DNA from: Gammaproteobacteria bacterium AqS3
GTDB taxonomy: Bacteria > Pseudomonadota > Gammaproteobacteria > MEIF01 > AqS3
Length of the DNA stretch: 64,000 bases
NCBI GenBank assembly: GCA_001750645.1
Contig: MEIF01000005.1
Location: 11,776-75,775, forward strand
Direction: 5' to 3'
The translations under genes were made by a program, and so were the position numbers. This document shows, in pieces, positions 56,742 to 64,000 of the stretch. How positions within the stretch are numbered: the first letter of the stretch is position 1; each line of letters begins with the position of its first letter. The notes under the pieces were generated by a model, which saw only the letters and a program-made list of their open reading frames with translations, made no database searches and was not told where the DNA came from.

Positions 56742-57829
56742 TTCAGATCCAGCGCCTCGGCGCCCGAGCCGAACTGCTCCCGGCGCCAGCCCGAATCCAG
56801 CGGCGGCGGCATCCTGCGATGGCAGGCGTAGTGCAGCAGCTGGGAGTTGGTCGCGATGAACGAGGCCTCGATCGACAGCTCGGCGGCGCACTGCTGGCGC
56901 CATGCCTTGAGCCGCTCATAGCGCAGCTTGTGCCCGGGCATGTAGGGCGGCCGTTCAGACTGGACATCGGCGCGCCGCGAGCGCCCCCAGATCTGCCCGG
57001 CCTTCATGCGCATGCGCTGATCCTTTTGATCCTTGCCCAAAAGCGCCCCCAGCGCCTTGGCGTCGCGCGGAGCGGAGCGGGCGATCTGCATCAGCCTGTC
57101 GTCGCTCATCACCCAGGGCTGGGGGATGTCGCGCCGCTGTGCCACCTGCAGCCGCGCCTCGGACAGCGCCTGAATCAGCGGGTTGGTCGGGGCCATCTCG
57201 CCGCGTCTGCCGGAGCGGCGGGGCAGGCGGGGCGGGCGCGGCTCGCTCGCCAATGCGAGGATGCGCGCGCCCTCCTCAAGCGCCCAGTCCAGCCGGTCGA
57301 TCGCCCCCAGCTCGCCGTGCAGCCGGTCCCAGAGCGGCAGCAGCAGAAGCGCATCGAGTGCGGCATAGCGCTGGTGCGACTCGGACAGGGGGCGGGTGCG
57401 CCAGTCAAAATCGCGCTCCGATTTCGACATCTCCAATTGCAGAAACTTTTCCACCACCGGCGCCAGCCCCACCTGGAAGCGCTCGCCGATCAGGGGGGCG
57501 GCGGCCTGGGTGTCCACGAGGTGCGTCGGCAGGGCGCCGGAGACGGCGCTGAGAATGCGCAGGTCCTCATCGGCGGCGTGCATCAGGCACAGCCCGGGGC
57601 CGTTGAGCCAGCGCTGCAGCGGGCCCCAGTCGGCAATCTCGGCGCGCGGATCGATCAGCCCGCAGCCGCCGGCGTGCGCCAGCTGAATCAGGCAGGGCAC
57701 CGGGTAGAAGGTTCGGCGGTGATAGAACTCCGTGTCCAGGGCGTAGGTCTCGGGGGGCGGTCCCGAGCAGAAGGCCGCCAGGGCTGAGTCATCGGCTATC
57801 CAGGACCACTCCGGTGAGCTGAGATTCAC
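56735..57829 (-). CDS. rnd: Ribonuclease D
   Basis: DEDD exonuclease blocks (ALDTEF..., MHAADEDL, YAALDAL) plus an HRDC-like C-terminus. Confidence 0.85.
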   Translation of the reverse strand: MNLSSPEWSWIADDSALAAFCSGPPPETYALDTEFYHRRTFYPVPCLIQLAHAGGCGLIDPRAEIADWGPLQRWLNGPGLCLMHAADEDLRILSAVSGALPTHLVDTQAAAPLIGERFQVGLAPVVEKFLQLEMSKSERDFDWRTRPLSESHQRYAALDALLLLPLWDRLHGELGAIDRLDWALEEGARILALASEPRPPRLPRRSGRRGEMAPTNPLIQALSEARLQVAQRRDIPQPWVMSDDRLMQIARSAPRDAKALGALLGKDQKDQRMRMKAGQIWGRSRRADVQSERPPYMPGHKLRYERLKAWRQQCAAELSIEASFIATNSQLLHYACHRRMPPPLDSGWRREQFGSGAEALDLKW

Positions 57830-58437
57830 AGTGCGCGACGCTCGCGCAGAGCCTGCGCCAGCGTCTGCCGGTCGACATACTCGAGCTCGCCGCCCTGGGG
57901 AACGCCGCGCGACAGCCTGGAGACGGTCGCACCGCTGTCCGACAGCAATTCCTGCAGATAGCTGGCCGTGGTCTCGCCCTCCAGCGTGTAGCTCAGCGCC
58001 AGGATGACCTCGCTCGGCGGAGACCGCTCGAGCAGCGCGCGCAGCAGGGGCACCCCGATCTCATCCGGCCCGATGCGCTCCATCGGCGACAGGCAGCCGT
58101 GCAGCACGAAGTAGCGCCCGCTGTACTGCTGCAGCTGCTCGATGTTCCACTGATCCGTCGGGCTCTGCACCACGCACAGCACCTCGGCATCGCGGCGGTC
58201 GGAGGCGCACACCGAGCAGAGTTCGGTCTCGCACAGCATGCGACAGCGCGCACACAGGCGCGCCGCCTCGAGCGCATCGCCCAGCAGCCGGTGCAGCTCG
58301 CGGGCTCCGTCGGTATTGCGCTGCAGCAGGTAGAAGGCCATGCGCTGGGCAGTGCGCGGACCGACTCCCGGGAGGATCCTGAGCCCCTGCATCAGGCGGT
58401 CGATCACCGAGTCAGTCAAGGCCGAGCCCCTCGTCAT
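57826..58437 (-). CDS. recR: Recombination protein RecR
   Basis: LRILPGVGPRTAQRMAFYLL (HhH), a C4 zinc finger (CARCRMLCETELCSVC) and a Toprim domain. The start is ambiguous (ATG 58437, TTG 58419 or GTG 58407). Confidence 0.9.
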   Translation of the reverse strand: MTRGSALTDSVIDRLMQGLRILPGVGPRTAQRMAFYLLQRNTDGARELHRLLGDALEAARLCARCRMLCETELCSVCASDRRDAEVLCVVQSPTDQWNIEQLQQYSGRYFVLHGCLSPMERIGPDEIGVPLLRALLERSPPSEVILALSYTLEGETTASYLQELLSDSGATVSRLSRGVPQGGELEYVDRQTLAQALRERRAL

Positions 58438-59914
58438 CCGACAGCCGGATGTGCTCATCGCCCAGCCCGAAGTGCTCGGCAAGGGTGCGCACCACGGGAG
58501 TCTGCCTCAGCTCGGCGATGCGCTGCTGCCGATCCGCCGCAGCCGGAGAGCTCGCCGGTGTCGCCGCATCAGGCGCCTGCACCGTCGACCGGCCCGCCTG
58601 GAGGGGGGTTCCGGGTGCGGTCTGCGGATCGGATTCTGCGGCGCGCCGGGGCTCGGAGACGGGCTCCGCTGCGCGCGGCGCGGGCTCGGGGACGGGCTCG
58701 GCTGCGGGTTCAGCTGCGGGCGGCGGTTCCGATCCGGGCGGCGGCGGTTCCGGCTCGGCCCCTGGAGTGGACGGCGCCGGATCGGACACCCCCGAATCGG
58801 GCGCCGGGCTGGCCAGAGCCTGCTCGGAATGCGGGGTGAAGGCCAGCATGCGCAGCAGCAGCATTTCAAAACCCTGGCGCAGATCCGAGGCCAGCTCGAG
58901 GTCGCGCCGGCCGAGCAGGGCGATCTGATAGAGCAGCTGCAGCATCTCCGGGGCCACCCTCTGGGACAGCTCGACGACGGCCTGGCGGTGCGCACCGGCC
59001 GGATCAATGCCCGCCCCGGTCAGCTGCATCAGCGCGGCCTGGTGCAGCAGCCCCATCAGATCCTCCAGCGCCAGCAGGTAGTCGCCGCTGGCGCCGATCT
59101 GCTCGGACAGGGCGAGGGCGCGCTCGGCGTCCCTGGCGGTGAGCGCTGCGGCGAGGCCGGCGACCACGCCGCGGTCGAGCGAGCCCAGCATGGCGCGCAC
59201 CGGGTCGGCCCCCAGGTTGCCGTTGGTGAAGTTGATGGCCTGGTCGGTCAGGGTCATTCCGTCGCGGATGCTGCCGCGGGCACAGCGGGCGATCTCCTCA
59301 ATGGCGCCGGGCTCGAAGGCAATCCCCTCGCGCCCCAGAACATCGGCCAGATGGGCGCTGATCAGCTTCTCCGGCACCGGCCTGAGGGTCAGCTGCAGGC
59401 AGCGCGAGAGCACCGTCGGCGGCACCTTCTGGACATCGGTGGTGGCCAGCAGGAAGACCGCGTGCGGCGGCGGCTCCTCCAGCGTCTTGAGCATGGCGTT
59501 GAAGCTGCTGCTCGAGAACATGTGCACCTCGTCGATCAGATACACCTTGTAGCGCCCCATGCTGGGCGGGTACAGGGCGTTCTCAAGCAGCTCGCGGGTG
59601 TCGTCGACGCCGGTTCGGCTGGCGGCGTCGATCTCGATCAGGTCGGGAAAATTGCCCGCGGCAAAGCCCCTGCAGGCCGGGCACTCGCCGCAGGGATCGG
59701 GGCTCGGGCGCCCGCTCGCCGTGCAGTTGAGGCAGCGGGCGAAAATGCGCGCCAGCGTGGTCTTGCCGACCCCGCGCGTGCCGGTGAACAGGTAGGCGCT
59801 GTGCAGCCGGTTGTGCTCCAGGGCGCCCCTCAGCGACTGTACGGTCTGCTCCTGGCCGACGATGCCCTCAAACCCCTGCGGGCGCCACTTGCGCGCCAAC
59901 ACTTGGTGCCCCAT
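58412..59914 (-). CDS. dnaX: DNA polymerase III subunit gamma/tau
   Basis: ARKWRPQGFEGIVGQE, GTRGVGKTT (Walker A), the zinc module CLNC...CGECPAC, YLIDEVHM, and a Pro/Glu/Ala-rich linker. At 500 aa it has a short tau tail. Confidence 0.9.
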   Translation of the reverse strand: MGHQVLARKWRPQGFEGIVGQEQTVQSLRGALEHNRLHSAYLFTGTRGVGKTTLARIFARCLNCTASGRPSPDPCGECPACRGFAAGNFPDLIEIDAASRTGVDDTRELLENALYPPSMGRYKVYLIDEVHMFSSSSFNAMLKTLEEPPPHAVFLLATTDVQKVPPTVLSRCLQLTLRPVPEKLISAHLADVLGREGIAFEPGAIEEIARCARGSIRDGMTLTDQAINFTNGNLGADPVRAMLGSLDRGVVAGLAAALTARDAERALALSEQIGASGDYLLALEDLMGLLHQAALMQLTGAGIDPAGAHRQAVVELSQRVAPEMLQLLYQIALLGRRDLELASDLRQGFEMLLLRMLAFTPHSEQALASPAPDSGVSDPAPSTPGAEPEPPPPGSEPPPAAEPAAEPVPEPAPRAAEPVSEPRRAAESDPQTAPGTPLQAGRSTVQAPDAATPASSPAAADRQQRIAELRQTPVVRTLAEHFGLGDEHIRLSDDEGLGLD

Positions 59915-59966
59915 GCGATCCCGGCCCCGATGGCGCCATGCAATAGCCGCAAATCATAACAACCCG

Positions 59967-62015
<2,049 letters not shown>

Positions 62016-62051
62016 TGCGGCTCAGCCCGTCAGCTTTTGGGGCGCGGTATG

Positions 62052-64000
62052 TTAGCACCCGGAGGCGAGCGCGCCGGACGCCTCGGCGGGATAGCGCCAC
62101 CAGCGGCGCTCGCTGCGGCGCCAGTGCCGCACCCCGGGTGTTCCCGAGCTGCTCAGCTCAAGGTCGATGGCACCGGAGAGCCCGGTCAGGTACACCTCGA
62201 CGCCCAGCTCCCGATAGCGCCGGCAGACCTCCGGATGCGGATGGCCGAAGCGGCTGGGATAGCCGGCGCTGACCACGGCGGTGTGCGCGTCGATGTGCTC
62301 CAGCCAGGTTCGGCTCGAGGAGGTGATGCTGCCGTGGTGCGGGACCAGCAGCACCTGGATCGGCGCCAGGGCGGCGCCGTAGCGCCGGGTCAGCGCAAAC
62401 TCCGAGCGCCTGCCGATGTCGCCGGTCAGCAGGGCGCTGCCCGAGCGGGTGCGAACCCAGACGACGCAGGAGGACTCATTGCCCCGACCCGTCTCGGTCG
62501 GCCAGATCACCTGCCACCGCAGATCGCCGCCGGGAGATTGCCCGCCGACGCCCTCGATGCAGGGCAGCGCCCCGCCCTGCCCCTCCGCGGCATAGACGCG
62601 CCGGGGCCGCATCTGCTCGACGATGTCAGCGCGCCCGCCGGAGTGATCGGAATCGCCGTGGCTGATGATGAGGGTGTCGAGGCGGCGCACCCCCAGCGTG
62701 CGCAGCGCCGGCAGCACAGCACGCCGTGCCATGAGCTCGGTGCCGGTGTCGTAGAGCAGCTGATAATCCCCTGAGCGCACCAGAACGGAGCTGCCCTGGC
62801 CGACATCGAATACGGTCAGGCTGGGCGCCTCGGGGGGCCGGCCCTCAGACCACCACAGCAGCGCGGCGCCGAGCGGCAGCAGGACCCAGAAGCGCAGCGG
62901 CAGCAGCGCCGCAGCGGCCATCAGGAACAGCCCCGGGATGGCGCCCTCGAGGCGCCAGAGCGTGCGCTCCCAGGCGAGCGCATCGAGCAGCCCGTAGACC
63001 GCATCAAACGCCCAGGCGTAGAGCGGCTGCAGCCCCGAGAGATCCGAAACCACCAGCGCCAGAGCCGCCGCCAGCAGCGACAGCGGCACCAGCAGCCAGT
63101 TGAACAGCGCCCCGGCGATGAGATTCACCAGCGGTCCCAGCAGCGGGATCTGGCCGATGCTGAGCGCCATGACCGGCGCCAGCACCAGCGAGAGCGTCAG
63201 CTGCAGATGCACCGCGCGGCCCAGCCAGACCGCCCAGCGATGCCGCCCGGCGGGTCTGGAGCGGTAGCGCACCTGCAGCAAGAGCAGCACCGCCACGGCG
63301 ACAAAGGACAGCCAGAACCCCGGCGCCAGCGGCGCCAGCGGGTCGGCCCAGAGCACCAGGGTGAACGCCGCCAGCCAGCGATCCGACGGCGGAATGGGGA
63401 TCGCCGTGAGCCGGTCGCCGAACAGCACCAGCAGCATCAGAAAGGAGCGCTGCACCGGGGTGTCCCAGCCCGCCAGCAGGGCGTAGCCCAGCACGCCGAG
63501 CAGCACCGGGACGCTGAGCCAGTCGGCCCGGGGGCGCAGCAGCAGCCCCTGCCGCAGACCCGGCAGGCGCATGATCAGCACGCCCGCCCACCACAGCAGG
63601 AGGGCGATCAGGACGATGTGCATCCCCGAGATCACCGCCAGGTGCAGCGTCCCGGTGATCCGCAGCGCCTCCCACTGCACCTCGCTGAGCCCCGAGCCGT
63701 CCCCGAGCGACAGTGCAATCACGCCGCCGTTCAGCTCGTCGCGCAGCCTCGCACCGAGCCGCTGGCGCAGTGCGTCGACGGGTGCGGCCCGATCCGGACA
63801 GCGCCGCAGCGCCTCCAGGACGCCGGCGCTGGCGGCGAGCCGGTCGCGCGCGGACCAGCGCGCCAGGTCAAAGCTGCCGGGGTTGCCGCGCGAGCGCAGC
63901 TCGGAGCGGCGCACGCGCAGCTCCCAGCACTGCCCGGGGGCGATCTGCGGGGCGTTGCGCCAGAACACCAGCCAGCGCAGATCGTCCTCGTCCCGGCTCT
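62052..64000 (-). CDS. comEC: ComEC/Rec2 DNA-internalisation competence protein (N-terminus beyond the window end)
   Basis: A multi-TM competence domain is followed by a C-terminal metallo-beta-lactamase domain (ISHGDSDHSGG, VPHHGS). The frame remains open to nt 64000. Confidence 0.85.
   Translation of the reverse strand, partial: SRDEDDLRWLVFWRNAPQIAPGQCWELRVRRSELRSRGNPGSFDLARWSARDRLAASAGVLEALRRCPDRAAPVDALRQRLGARLRDELNGGVIALSLGDGSGLSEVQWEALRITGTLHLAVISGMHIVLIALLLWWAGVLIMRLPGLRQGLLLRPRADWLSVPVLLGVLGYALLAGWDTPVQRSFLMLLVLFGDRLTAIPIPPSDRWLAAFTLVLWADPLAPLAPGFWLSFVAVAVLLLLQVRYRSRPAGRHRWAVWLGRAVHLQLTLSLVLAPVMALSIGQIPLLGPLVNLIAGALFNWLLVPLSLLAAALALVVSDLSGLQPLYAWAFDAVYGLLDALAWERTLWRLEGAIPGLFLMAAAALLPLRFWVLLPLGAALLWWSEGRPPEAPSLTVFDVGQGSSVLVRSGDYQLLYDTGTELMARRAVLPALRTLGVRRLDTLIISHGDSDHSGGRADIVEQMRPRRVYAAEGQGGALPCIEGVGGQSPGGDLRWQVIWPTETGRGNESSCVVWVRTRSGSALLTGDIGRRSEFALTRRYGAALAPIQVLLVPHHGSITSSSRTWLEHIDAHTAVVSAGYPSRFGHPHPEVCRRYRELGVEVYLTGLSGAIDLELSSSGTPGVRHWRRSERRWWRYPAEASGALASGC

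Noticed and set aside
58412-59914. Programmed -1 frameshift site in dnaX (A AAA AAG plus a downstream hairpin, as in E. coli).
   Set aside because: No AAAAAAG heptamer, or any A/T run of five or more, is present on the coding strand of this gene.

Overview
This is a 64-kb chromosomal segment from a high-G+C proteobacterium. Gene content and local synteny (dsbC/hom/thrC, mreBCD-yhdP, dnaX-recR, uvrB, comEC) look gammaproteobacterial. I call about 55 protein genes and one tRNA-Ser(UGA). I recognised no rRNA, CRISPR array, IS element, transposase or integrase. The housekeeping backbone includes folE2, thrC-hom, prpD, maf, gcvP, pyrF, korAB, two acyl-CoA dehydrogenases, hpf-mgtE, yhdP-mreDCB, rnd, recR, dnaX, uvrB and comEC. 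It is interrupted by three segments that are AT-richer by eye. (i) About 1.6-9.0 kb straddles tRNA-Ser. It carries a co-directional KAP P-loop NTPase / DUF898 (YjgN) / M48 peptidase string and, on the other side of the tRNA, an orphan 710-aa membrane protein. (ii) About 19.7-25.5 kb holds a two-gene mini-cassette bracketed by 21-bp inverted repeats and an orphan 1261-aa TonB-dependent receptor. (iii) About 28.5-31.0 kb holds four tandem, diverged paralogues encoding small exported proteins that share a VIAHELAH (HExxH) motif. I cannot assign these four to a named family, and they are my best candidate for something undescribed. One of them has an N-terminus homologous to that of the TonB-dependent receptor. 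Other points of note follow. A glycosyltransferase/wecB operon (37-42.8 kb) was tandemly duplicated and then partly deleted, leaving a readable mosaic scar. A DksA-type protein has only two of the four zinc-finger Cys and a long Lys/Ala/Pro-rich histone-H1-like N-terminus. The aminotransferase upstream of hom-thrC carries an extra ~90-aa N-terminal domain. All functional calls come from reading the translated ORFs; no database search was run.
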